From Candidatus Kaiserbacteria bacterium (GTDB lineage: Bacteria > Patescibacteriota > Minisyncoccia > Phycocordibacterales > UBA918): a stretch of DNA of 35,313 nucleotides. The stretch lies in NCBI GenBank assembly GCA_043770255.1, contig JAYVIL010000049.1, positions 1-35,313 of the forward strand. The letters are read 5' to 3'. Each line of letters begins with the position of its first letter. Position 1 is the first letter of the stretch. The notes beneath the pieces are model-generated. The model searched no databases. It saw only the letters and a program-made list of their open reading frames with translations, and was not told the origin of the DNA. A program made the translations under genes and the position numbers. Positions 1-7,615 of this stretch are shown here, one piece after another.

Positions 1-863
1 GTAAAGCCGAGGAACAGTAAAATTAAAAGCGTGCTCCCGATAAATCCAAATTCTTCGGAATACACTGCAAATATCGAATCACCAATTGGCTCAGGCAGAT
101 ACTCAAATTTTTGAATACTTTGGCCAAAGCCGCGCCCTGAAAATCCCCCAGAGCCGACTGCTATGAGTGATTGCTGAATTTGGTAACCGGCCCCCTGAGG
201 GTCATCCTCGGGGTGCATAAAAGTAGTAAGTCTATCCATGATGTATGGTCGCATAAACGCCACGAGTGCCAGTAGCACAACTGCCGCTAAAATCATGTAC
301 CCAACATCGCGCCAGCGGCCGCCGGCAGTAACAAACATAGCCAGCGCCGCCGCCGCCATAATCATAAACGTGTCAGTGTCAGGCTGGAGCAACATCACTC
401 CGCCGACCAAACCCACAATCCCTATAAACGGCAGAGTCCCCGCTACAAAAGACGTCACGTGTTGATTCATCCCAGATAGCCACGTGGCCACATAAATCAC
501 AAAACCAATTTTTAGAATCTCGGCTGGTTGGAGTGAAAAGCCCAGAATGTTAATCCACCTCGTAGCTCCGCCGTGGGTGGCACCAATACCCGGCACAAAC
601 ACAGCCAGCGTAATCAGAACAGAAAAAATAAAGATATAAAATGCGTACTGCCGTAAATTCCGGTAGTAAATATTAGAGAGGAAAAACATCGACAAACCTC
701 CCCCGACAATACCGAATAAAAATTGATTAAAAGCGACGCTCGAGAAACTGGCGCCGGTGCGGGCGAGGAGTCCAAGCGACGCCGAAGAAAATATCAAAAA
801 ACCACTGACTACCAAAACGAGTACTAGTGCAAGTAAAATTTTATCGACGGGCTTTGCTTTCAT
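1..863 (-). CDS. ftsW: FtsW/RodA (SEDS) peptidoglycan glycosyltransferase, 3' end outside the window
   Basis: Not in the ORF track; translated by hand from ATG 863: MKAKPVDKILLALVLVLVVSGFLIFSSAS...GATRWI...QPAEILK...YQIQQSLIAVGSGG...LPEPIGDSIFAVYSEEFGFIG (SEDS motifs). Lies next to mraY. Confidence 0.93.
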   Translation of the reverse strand, partial: MKAKPVDKILLALVLVLVVSGFLIFSSASLGLLARTGASFSSVAFNQFLFGIVGGGLSMFFLSNIYYRNLRQYAFYIFIFSVLITLAVFVPGIGATHGGATRWINILGFSLQPAEILKIGFVIYVATWLSGMNQHVTSFVAGTLPFIGIVGLVGGVMLLQPDTDTFMIMAAAALAMFVTAGGRWRDVGYMILAAVVLLALVAFMRPYIMDRLTTFMHPEDDPQGAGYQIQQSLIAVGSGGFSGRGFGQSIQKFEYLPEPIGDSIFAVYSEEFGFIGSTLLILLFLGF

Positions 864-889
864 AGGTGTTCATCAGTATACCCTATCGT

Positions 890-1948
890 CTATGCGACAG
901 TGGCAATGGCCAGGCCGGCAATACCACACATGATACTGATAACCCAGTACCGCATTACTACTTTAGTAGACGGCCACCCTATTGCTTCAAAATGGTGATG
1001 CAGTGGTGCAATCCTGAGCAATTTCCGACCAGTGATTTTTTTGTAAACAACCTGGAGCAAAACTGAAGCCGCAGTTGCCACGAGTGGTAGTCCAATCAGA
1101 GGCAGGAGTAAAATCCCCTTGCCGTCACCCAGTTCATCGGTCATAAATACCACTACAGCTAAAGTGAGCGTAAGCGCCATCGAGCCAGTTTCCGTCATCC
1201 AGAAACGAGCCGGCGGAATATTGAACCATAAAAATGCCAGAATTCCGCCGGCTACCGTCGCACAAAAAGCGGCCAGGTCGTACTGGGATTGATTAAAGGC
1301 AATACCCGCATACGCGAGGAAGATAGTTGAAAATACGCCACCAGAGAGTCCATCAATGCCATCAATTACTCCACTGGCGTAGAGAGCAATAGTGGTAAAA
1401 ATAAAAAACGGAATTATTAACCAGCCGATGTATAAAGACCCATCAAACGGTACTCCCACACTATCTATACCCAATTTGGCATAAAACCACCAGCCAATAA
1501 ATCCAGATAGTGCAGTGATGATGAGTATGCGCACTGACAGTCGCAAACCCTTGCCTCCGTGCATAACATCATAATAGTCATTAAGTAACCCAACTCCCGC
1601 GCCAATCACGAGTGTCGTAAAAGGAATCCAAGTTTCGGACCGACTGACAAAAAATAGATCATCAAAAACACTATTGGGGAAAAGCAGTTTAAGTATATAA
1701 ATAAAGCCAATAGTGACGAGCACTGCTCCCCAGATCACGATTCCGCCCATGCGTGGGGTTTTTAACTCCCCTTCCCCTTTGAGGCGATTAAACTCCGTTG
1801 CTATGGTCCCATTAAGCGCCATCTTGCCACCAGTTTTTTTCCAGACTTTATATTTGTACAGATAGTGCGTGAGCAGTGGCGTCATCAAAATGCCAAAAAT
1901 AAAAGCGAGCGTGGCTGGAATGAGAATTGAAAAAATTGGGTACTCCAT
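890..1948 (-). CDS. mraY: Phospho-N-acetylmuramoyl-pentapeptide transferase (divergent)
   Basis: KTPRMGG, DGIDGL, FNIPPA and APLHHHFE motifs; multi-TM; next to ftsW. Confidence 0.92.
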   Translation of the reverse strand: MEYPIFSILIPATLAFIFGILMTPLLTHYLYKYKVWKKTGGKMALNGTIATEFNRLKGEGELKTPRMGGIVIWGAVLVTIGFIYILKLLFPNSVFDDLFFVSRSETWIPFTTLVIGAGVGLLNDYYDVMHGGKGLRLSVRILIITALSGFIGWWFYAKLGIDSVGVPFDGSLYIGWLIIPFFIFTTIALYASGVIDGIDGLSGGVFSTIFLAYAGIAFNQSQYDLAAFCATVAGGILAFLWFNIPPARFWMTETGSMALTLTLAVVVFMTDELGDGKGILLLPLIGLPLVATAASVLLQVVYKKITGRKLLRIAPLHHHFEAIGWPSTKVVMRYWVISIMCGIAGLAIATVA

Positions 1949-1951
1949 ACA

Positions 1952-2971
1952 TTATTCGGTAGTTTTGATTGAGTTAGTAACAGCGTTCACCAGCTTTTTG
2001 ACATCAGTAAACCGTCCATCAAAGCTTGATCCTAGCACGGTGATAATAATGGGTCGATTATACCCAGCATCAAACGCAATAGTCAGGTTGCCACCGGCGA
2101 GGTCAGTATAGCCAGTTTTTGAGCCCAGCAGGTTGGGGATTTGGGTGACGATGGGGTTTGTGTTTTCTGCTGAATGGTAGGTGCCAGCTTCGTTGTAGAC
2201 ACGGGTAGAAGTAAAGGTGCTTGGTTCCAGGATGTTGGGATAGTTGTTTAAAACGTACTCCATGAGAAACGTAACTTCTCGCGCAGTCCCCAAAGCGCCA
2301 GCGTGTGTAGTATCGATATCTAAACCAGTAGGATTATAAAAAATAAAATTATCGAGACCAAGTTCTTCAGCTTTGATATTCATGGCATTTACAAAAGTCT
2401 GATTGGGGTTTGTCTTGTCAATTACGGCACCAACAGCTGCCGCCAAAGCAAATGCTGCGTCGTTTGATGAGGCGAGCATGGCATAATCTGACAACGATTC
2501 GGCCGTGATTACTTCACCGGCGCTCAGCCCACTGGCGCCTGACTGCGAAATGGCAGACTCAGGGACAGTAATTGTTTTCTTTTCATCAATGAGTTCGTAG
2601 GCAACGAGCGCAGTCATGAGTTTAGTAATAGAAGCCAGTGGCAACACTTTGTCAGCCCCTTTGACATACAAGGCCTTTTTACCACGCACATCATAGACAA
2701 AGGCGGCCGTACCTTCGATTTGAATATTTTCGATGGTATCGATAGTAGCTAGCGACTCCGCAGCGAGCATGAGCGGTGTCGTCGGAGCCGTATTGATACC
2801 AGCGTCATTATTTTTAGCCAGGAATTTAGGTAAAAAGCTCGCCGAAAACACCAGTACCAAAACAAGCCCGAGGAGTGATAGCTGGGCCAGTACCGGAAAA
2901 CGGCGCTCTACTACCGCGGGCGGGTTGGTGTCTTCGACCGTTTCAATCATGTAGTCGGTGTCATCAATCAT
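1952..2971 (-). CDS. Serine D-Ala-D-Ala carboxypeptidase (peptidase S11), membrane anchored
   Basis: SxxK (ASITK), SxN (SSN) and KTG motifs; one N-terminal TM segment. Confidence 0.9.
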   Translation of the reverse strand: MIDDTDYMIETVEDTNPPAVVERRFPVLAQLSLLGLVLVLVFSASFLPKFLAKNNDAGINTAPTTPLMLAAESLATIDTIENIQIEGTAAFVYDVRGKKALYVKGADKVLPLASITKLMTALVAYELIDEKKTITVPESAISQSGASGLSAGEVITAESLSDYAMLASSNDAAFALAAAVGAVIDKTNPNQTFVNAMNIKAEELGLDNFIFYNPTGLDIDTTHAGALGTAREVTFLMEYVLNNYPNILEPSTFTSTRVYNEAGTYHSAENTNPIVTQIPNLLGSKTGYTDLAGGNLTIAFDAGYNRPIIITVLGSSFDGRFTDVKKLVNAVTNSIKTTE

Positions 2972-3510
2972 AGCGATGTTTCAGGGGCGGTGTGTTGTTC
3001 AAATTTTTCGAGCTCATTTACAATTCGCGAAAACTCAGGTAAATCACGACTGCCCGCTACGCCGAGCTGTGCCAGGAGCGCCGGTGTCCCCGAGAATGTA
3101 TACCCACTACCCTTCCCGCTGGCATTTCGTTCGATTAGTCCACGAATCATCAGATTGCGAAGAATAAACGAAGAGTTCACTCCACGGACTTGATCTATGG
3201 CACTACGAGACACCGGTCCCCGATACAACACAATCGCTAAAGTCTCTGCTCCCGCTTTTCCGATATCGTTTTTAATGTCCGCTTTTCGGATTTGCTCGAT
3301 AAATGGAGCGAGCTCTGGTGCGGTCGCGAGGGCGATTTCTGTATCAGTTTCTACTAGTCTGGTGGCTCCCCTAGTCAGGCGCTCCTTTAAATGGGAGATA
3401 GCAGCCTGTAAATCACTTTCCGATACAGAATAAAGCTTCAAAAGTGAAGTCTTTTTCTGCGGAGCTGACTTATAAAAAAGCAGTCCTTCAATCAGGATAT
3501 CAAGCGGCAT
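2968..3510 (-). CDS. scpB: SMC-Scp complex subunit ScpB
   Basis: IEGLLF; AETLAIVLYRGPVSRSAIDQVRGVNS; LMIRGLI. Confidence 0.93.
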   Translation of the reverse strand: MPLDILIEGLLFYKSAPQKKTSLLKLYSVSESDLQAAISHLKERLTRGATRLVETDTEIALATAPELAPFIEQIRKADIKNDIGKAGAETLAIVLYRGPVSRSAIDQVRGVNSSFILRNLMIRGLIERNASGKGSGYTFSGTPALLAQLGVAGSRDLPEFSRIVNELEKFEQHTAPETSL

Positions 3511-3599
3511 TGTAGTTAGTGTACCACAGTTTTACCCTGAAAAAACAGCTTATTTTAGCTAATTATTGTTGACAACACCCAAATCTCCAATCCTAATGC

Positions 3600-3628
3600 T
3601 TGACTTTTGAATTTAAGTATGCTACTAT
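3600..3628 (+). promoter_or_regulatory. Sigma70-type promoter for the 3635-4273 unit
   Basis: TTGACT (3600-3605), 17-bp spacer ending TGn, TACTAT (3623-3628). Confidence 0.7.
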
Positions 3629-3679
3629 AGTAAATACCTGACGCAGCAACAGTTGCGCGTCAGAAATCAGGAGGCTCGT

Positions 3680-3781
3680 ATGTTTACGTCGAACTTTTCG
3701 CCGCAGGCCAAAGTGCCCGCAGTTGCTCAAAAAACCTTGTCCGACATTCACCGGCGCCCAATGGGCCACAACCAGATCTGA
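3680..3781 (+). CDS. Possible 33-aa micropeptide MFTSNFSPQAKVPAVAQKTLSDIHRRPMGHNQI
   Basis: AGGAGG (3669-3674) 5 nt before ATG, just downstream of the promoter; no homology recognised. Confidence 0.3.
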   Translation: MFTSNFSPQAKVPAVAQKTLSDIHRRPMGHNQI

Positions 3782-4231
3782 CCGACCAAGACCGGCGGAC
3801 CAGGTCGGTTGCGGGGCGAATCCTTAGGGGTGGCCACCGCCGATAACTGACTGGTCTTACTACCCGGAGTGACTCCTGCCGATGGCGCGCGATGTGCACG
3901 TGCAGGAAGTTCACTCCGTTGGGCGAATTAGACTCGAAACAAAAAAAGGAGCTGCGATGCTGATGAAAATCCGCATTCGTGATCCCACCCACTAGCGTCA
4001 AACTCGCTCGGTGGTTGAGAAAAAAAGGTTGGCAGTTAACCTCAAACTGTCTGCGACGCAACAGGGAGAGACTCCGATGAAGATCTTTCGATTATGATTC
4101 ACTGAGCTTTGGTCGGCAAACACCCTCCTAGGCTCAGAAAGAAGTCCACTTTTCAAATGGGACCCCGGCTTCTGATAACCGAGAGAAAATAAGTTCAGTC
4201 AGGTTAGAATCACCTTAGGCCCAAAGCATTT

Positions 4232-4273
4232 TAACCCCGCACATGTCAGTCATGTTGCGGGGTTACTTTTTTT
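4232..4273 (+). terminator. Intrinsic terminator
   Basis: TAACCCCGC-ACATG / CATGT-t-GCGGGGTTA stem followed by a T run. Confidence 0.8.
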
Positions 4274-4303
4274 GTAAAATTTCGAATTACCCATCGTCCT
4301 TAC

Positions 4304-4351
4304 TGTGTAACCTTGAAACTATTCAACTATTCAACAATTAAACTATTCAAC
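4304..4351. repeat. Degenerate 8-bp tandem array (consensus about TATTCAAC), 6 units
   Basis: tgtgtaac cttgaaac tattcaac tattcaac aattaaac tattcaac, directly after the scpA stop. Confidence 0.8.
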
Positions 4352-4354
4352 TAA

Positions 4355-5098
4355 CTAGTAGTATCTCGGCGTACTTCCCTGTTCTAACTCAATTTCAATA
4401 TCATCAAATCGCCCGAGTTGGGTCACCAATACATTTCCTTGTTTAACTAATTCTAAAATCGCCAAGAAGCCCACAATCACTGTCTTGTGCTCAGGTGCTT
4501 CGGCGCGCAGTTGGGAGAACTTGGTTTTTAGTTGGGTTTCAATACGTCGCTTAAGATTATGCATCATTTCCTCTAGACTAATGGTCTGCTTTACCTGCAC
4601 CTTAGGTTTGATTTCTTTTTTCGGCAGGTTGAGGAGGACACTGTCCATGGCTTCGCGTAGGGCGTCGGTAGTACAGTATTCGTCGGGAATAAATAGGGCT
4701 TCTTTGGGTGCCACAAACCGTGGACTGTAGAGTGGTGTTTTGCCAAAAATACTTGCCAGGTGCTGACCGGCATCACGGTAGATTTGGTATTTACGCAACC
4801 TGTCCTCGAGATCATCAATCAACACTTCTTCCTCGGGAGTGAGTTCAAGTACCGGTAGGAGCGATTTTGATTTAATCAGAAGCAACGTCGCTGCCAGTTG
4901 CACAAACTGCGCTGTGTGCGGGAGTGACTTCTCCTGCATAGCACTCACTTGTTTGATATATTCATCGGTAACTTCGGCGAGAGAGATGTCGTTAATAAGA
5001 AGTTTCCTCTTCTCCACGAGTTCAATCAGCAACTCCAAAGGCCCCTCAAACACATTTGATTTAAAAGAAAACGCGAGCGGGATAGCAGTTAGAGACAT
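4355..5098 (-). CDS. scpA: Segregation/condensation protein ScpA (kleisin)
   Basis: FEGPLELLIELV, AATLLLIKSKSLLP, FLAILELVKQG, Q..RFDDIEI. Confidence 0.94.
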   Translation of the reverse strand: MSLTAIPLAFSFKSNVFEGPLELLIELVEKRKLLINDISLAEVTDEYIKQVSAMQEKSLPHTAQFVQLAATLLLIKSKSLLPVLELTPEEEVLIDDLEDRLRKYQIYRDAGQHLASIFGKTPLYSPRFVAPKEALFIPDEYCTTDALREAMDSVLLNLPKKEIKPKVQVKQTISLEEMMHNLKRRIETQLKTKFSQLRAEAPEHKTVIVGFLAILELVKQGNVLVTQLGRFDDIEIELEQGSTPRYY

Positions 5099-5127
5099 GT
5101 AGATATTTTAACACATACAAACCAATT

Positions 5128-5487
5128 TCATTGCGAGGGACGAAGCAATCTAGATTCATATCAAAAGTGAGATATCTTTCCATGTTGGATTTTCTTTTTC
5201 AATGAGTAGCATTTTTGATACCCTCGATCCTGCTTTAAGTTGTTTTTCTTGTTCAATTGCTTGTAACATTGATTCACAATGTTCTGCGTAAACGAGTGTG
5301 TGTAATTTATATTTTTTTGTAAACGCGCTCCCGAAACCACTCTTATGCTCGTCTACACGTTTAGGTAAATTATTAGTAACGCCAACATACAAAGTACCGT
5401 TTCGTTTATTGGTTAAGATGTAGATAGCAGGTTGCAAATTAGGTGTATGTTTAAAGAATCTCTAGATTGCTTCGTGCCTCGCAATGA
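5128..5487. mobile_element. GIY-YIG gene bracketed by 27-bp inverted REP-like repeats
   Basis: TCATTGCGAGGGACGAAGCAATCTAGA (5128-5154) against the reverse complement of 5461-5487: 26/27 identical. Confidence 0.7.
5156..5437 (-). CDS. Small stand-alone GIY-YIG nuclease (UPF0213/YhbQ-like)
   Basis: AIYILTN..NGTLYVGVT.NL..RV.EHK, FTKKY, E.QLK...R..K..LIE..NP.W.D; TTG start. Confidence 0.9.
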   Translation of the reverse strand: MQPAIYILTNKRNGTLYVGVTNNLPKRVDEHKSGFGSAFTKKYKLHTLVYAEHCESMLQAIEQEKQLKAGSRVSKMLLIEKENPTWKDISLLI

Positions 5488-5502
5488 CGGATAGAGAAAT
5501 AT

Positions 5503-6915
5503 TTAATACGTCTCGAGCCATTTAATAAGTAAACGTACTGGTTCGCCAGTCGCACCTTTGGCTAGTTTGTCGCTCGGGATACTGTCCATTCGGGGAGCGA
5601 TATCGAGGTGAGCGAAGGGGGTGTTTTTTGGCGCAAAGGCATCGAGGAACATACCGCCTTCAATCGCCCCACCCCACTTGGCGAAATTGGTAGCAATGTT
5701 ACTGATATCAGCCCGAGCACTCTTGAGTGGGCCTTTATATTCATCCCATAATGGTAGTGGCCAGATTAAGTCACCGGCTTCTTCACAGAGCGTGCGCAGT
5801 GCGGTCTCGAGATTTATATCACGAGTCATAACCGCACTCGCTTGTTGACCAAGAGCCACTAAGGCGGCACCGGTTAAGGTCGCTACGTCAATAATCGCTC
5901 GGGGTTTATAACGCTGGCTGTATGTCAGCGCGTCAGCGAGCACGAGTCGTCCCTCGGCGTCAGTGTGGAGAATCTCTACCGTGGTGCCGGACATTGACGT
6001 GACAATATCACCAGCCCGCATACTGCGGCTACTGATAGCGTTTTCCGCCGCCGGGATCAGGGCGATGATATTTTTCTGTAGCCCGAGCTTACTCGCCGCC
6101 ACAACCGCCGCCATCACGGCGCTTCCACCGGACATGTCCATATGCATATCATGCATCGCCCCTGACGGCTTTACATTAAGTCCCCCCGTGTCATAGGTGA
6201 TACCTTTTCCGATGAGTACCAGTGGTGCCTCTTTTTTATTTTTACTTCCCCAATATTCCATTAGGATAAATTGTGGTTCGTTGTGTGATCCTTTACCCAC
6301 TGCTGCGACTAAATTCATCTTTAGTTTCTGTATCTCTTTGAGACCGAGCACTGTAACAGAGACCTTGGTGCCAGCAGCCAACTTTTCAGCAGCTGTACCG
6401 AGAGCTTTAGGAGTAAGGTCATCACCATGCGTGTTGGCGATATCGCGAGCGATATTTACGTACTCTGCTACAATCTTCCCGCGCTTGAATCCAGTTTTTG
6501 CTGCCACTGAATTTTGCTCGCACAAGGCAATTTCTTTGAGAGATTGTTTAGTATCGGGTTTTGATTTATAAACAGTGTAGTCGTACGCAGCCAGAGACAG
6601 GTTCTCAACTATCGTCGAGGTAAACCAGGCTTCGTCGTACATATGTAGTTTTGGAAAACTATTGCGATCAAGCTGTATAGTCGCATACTCAACCTTGTGT
6701 GCCTTGAGTGACTGGACCACACTACGAAGCATTGTGCGGAAGGTACGTGGCGTCACCTCACTCCACTTCCCCAGCCCTTGGCGGTACTCTGTGTGAAGAG
6801 CTGCCGTTTCTACAAAACGGTGGGTGCTGACGGTATCTTCTGTGAAAACAATACGAGTATATTTTGTATCAAGGGACGAAACATCTTTTGTAGCTAAGGT
6901 AATTTTAGTAGACAT
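5503..6915 (-). CDS. pepA: Leucyl aminopeptidase (M17)
   Basis: GKGITYDTGG, DMSG, TDAEGRL, ATLTGA, HLDIA. Confidence 0.93.
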   Translation of the reverse strand: MSTKITLATKDVSSLDTKYTRIVFTEDTVSTHRFVETAALHTEYRQGLGKWSEVTPRTFRTMLRSVVQSLKAHKVEYATIQLDRNSFPKLHMYDEAWFTSTIVENLSLAAYDYTVYKSKPDTKQSLKEIALCEQNSVAAKTGFKRGKIVAEYVNIARDIANTHGDDLTPKALGTAAEKLAAGTKVSVTVLGLKEIQKLKMNLVAAVGKGSHNEPQFILMEYWGSKNKKEAPLVLIGKGITYDTGGLNVKPSGAMHDMHMDMSGGSAVMAAVVAASKLGLQKNIIALIPAAENAISSRSMRAGDIVTSMSGTTVEILHTDAEGRLVLADALTYSQRYKPRAIIDVATLTGAALVALGQQASAVMTRDINLETALRTLCEEAGDLIWPLPLWDEYKGPLKSARADISNIATNFAKWGGAIEGGMFLDAFAPKNTPFAHLDIAPRMDSIPSDKLAKGATGEPVRLLIKWLETY

Positions 6916-6990
6916 GGTGGTAATTATAGCAGGTTATAACTTCAGTTGACGATGTAAAAAAAGAGAGTATTGTACTTTAAGAGGACTGAC

Positions 6991-7314
6991 ATGAGGTGTA
7001 CGGTGAGAGATATCAGGCAACTCCGTGATGAGCTTTACTTTGTAGATGTTTATTTTATCAAAGATAAACCGGCTGTTCGAATGTATTTTCAGGTTGACTT
7101 TTGGACTCACCACAAATGTAATATTGTTCGTCCCGTTATCATCGATGTTGAAAAGGTGACTGCCACTGTGGTGTCGCTCGAGATGGAAAAGCCTTGGGCA
7201 AAAATTGTGACACGAAAATTAATTCAAAAATACGGCTTGCTAAGAGTTTTGAATTTAAGAAAAGTAAAGAATATGAAAAAAACACAAGCCTTATTCGAGT
7301 TGAGAAAGGCTTGA
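6991..7314 (+). CDS. Hypothetical protein (107 aa, basic C-terminus)
   Basis: Start moved to ATG 6991, preceded by GAGGA; putative promoter TTGACG (6946-6951)...TATTGT (6968-6973); terminator follows. Confidence 0.65.
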   Translation: MRCTVRDIRQLRDELYFVDVYFIKDKPAVRMYFQVDFWTHHKCNIVRPVIIDVEKVTATVVSLEMEKPWAKIVTRKLIQKYGLLRVLNLRKVKNMKKTQALFELRKA

Positions 7315-7320
7315 ACCATC

Positions 7321-7360
7321 AACCGCCTTACGGAATCCGTCCGTCGGGCGGTTCCTTTTT
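7321..7360 (+). terminator. Intrinsic terminator
   Basis: AACCGCC...GGCGGTT stem with inner pairing, then CCTTTTT. Confidence 0.7.
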
Positions 7361-7375
7361 AATGGTCTAATCTTA

Positions 7376-7531
7376 TACCATTCCCAACTAACCATTGCAC
7401 ACTTCAATCTTAATTCTGGCTGCAAAACTGCGTTTCGCTTTCTCCATATCTCGATATGGTTCAAGCTCCAACTTGTTTTTCGCTCTGAATTAAAATTGAA
7501 GTTATTGTGCAAGAGTTATTTGGGGATGGTA
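7376..7531 (-). repeat. ~156-bp long imperfect palindrome (MITE-like), copy A
   Basis: Terminal IR 7376-7392/7515-7531 (15/17); inner arms ACTTCAATYTTAATTC; apex CCATATCGAGATATGG on the minus strand. Confidence 0.8.
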
Positions 7532-7567
7532 TTACGATTAATCGTATGATTATGGCTTCTTGGTCGA

Positions 7568-7600
7568 CAAAAAACCTCTCAGTTAACTGAAAGGTTTTTG
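7568..7600. terminator. Probable bidirectional terminator after aspS
   Basis: AAAAACCT-c-TCAG / CTGA-a-AGGTTTTT hairpin with A/T tails. Confidence 0.7.
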
Positions 7601-7615
7601 TTGGAAATCTCAAGA

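Larger units (their letters stand above)
3635..4273 (+). ncRNA. Candidate large structured RNA (or micropeptide leader / decayed gene), family unknown
   Basis: Bounded by a promoter and an intrinsic terminator; all three + frames contain stops; several stems, e.g. 3638-3644/3657-3663, 3781-3787/3803-3809, 3865-3879/3902-3918, 4031-4037/4045-4051, 4095-4107/4193-4212. Confidence 0.45.

Noticed and set aside
3680-3930. TGA readthrough (genetic code 25) to extend the 3680 ORF
   Set aside because: Genes here end in TGA (e.g. the scpB ATGA overlap), long genes have no in-frame TGA, and the frame also meets TAG.
3930-3975. Hammerhead-like core words CGAAAC and CTGATGA
   Set aside because: No stems II/III or cleavage triplet could be built around them.
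3684-4061. 125-aa minus-strand ORF in the scpA-scpB gap
   Set aside because: TTG start, Arg/Pro/Ser-rich composition with no recognisable motif, and both promoter and terminator point the other way.
4135-4175. RNase P-like words (AAGTCC, CCCGGCTT)
   Set aside because: They are only about 20 nt apart and pair locally; in RNase P RNA the two P4 strands are far apart, and GAGGAAAG is absent.
7291-7512. 73-aa minus-strand ORF
   Set aside because: Lies almost wholly within palindrome copy A and a terminator; likely a chance frame.
7533-7546. Perfect 14-bp palindrome TACGATTAATCGTA
   Set aside because: Single AT-rich occurrence between convergent gene ends with no nearby promoter; no function can be supported.
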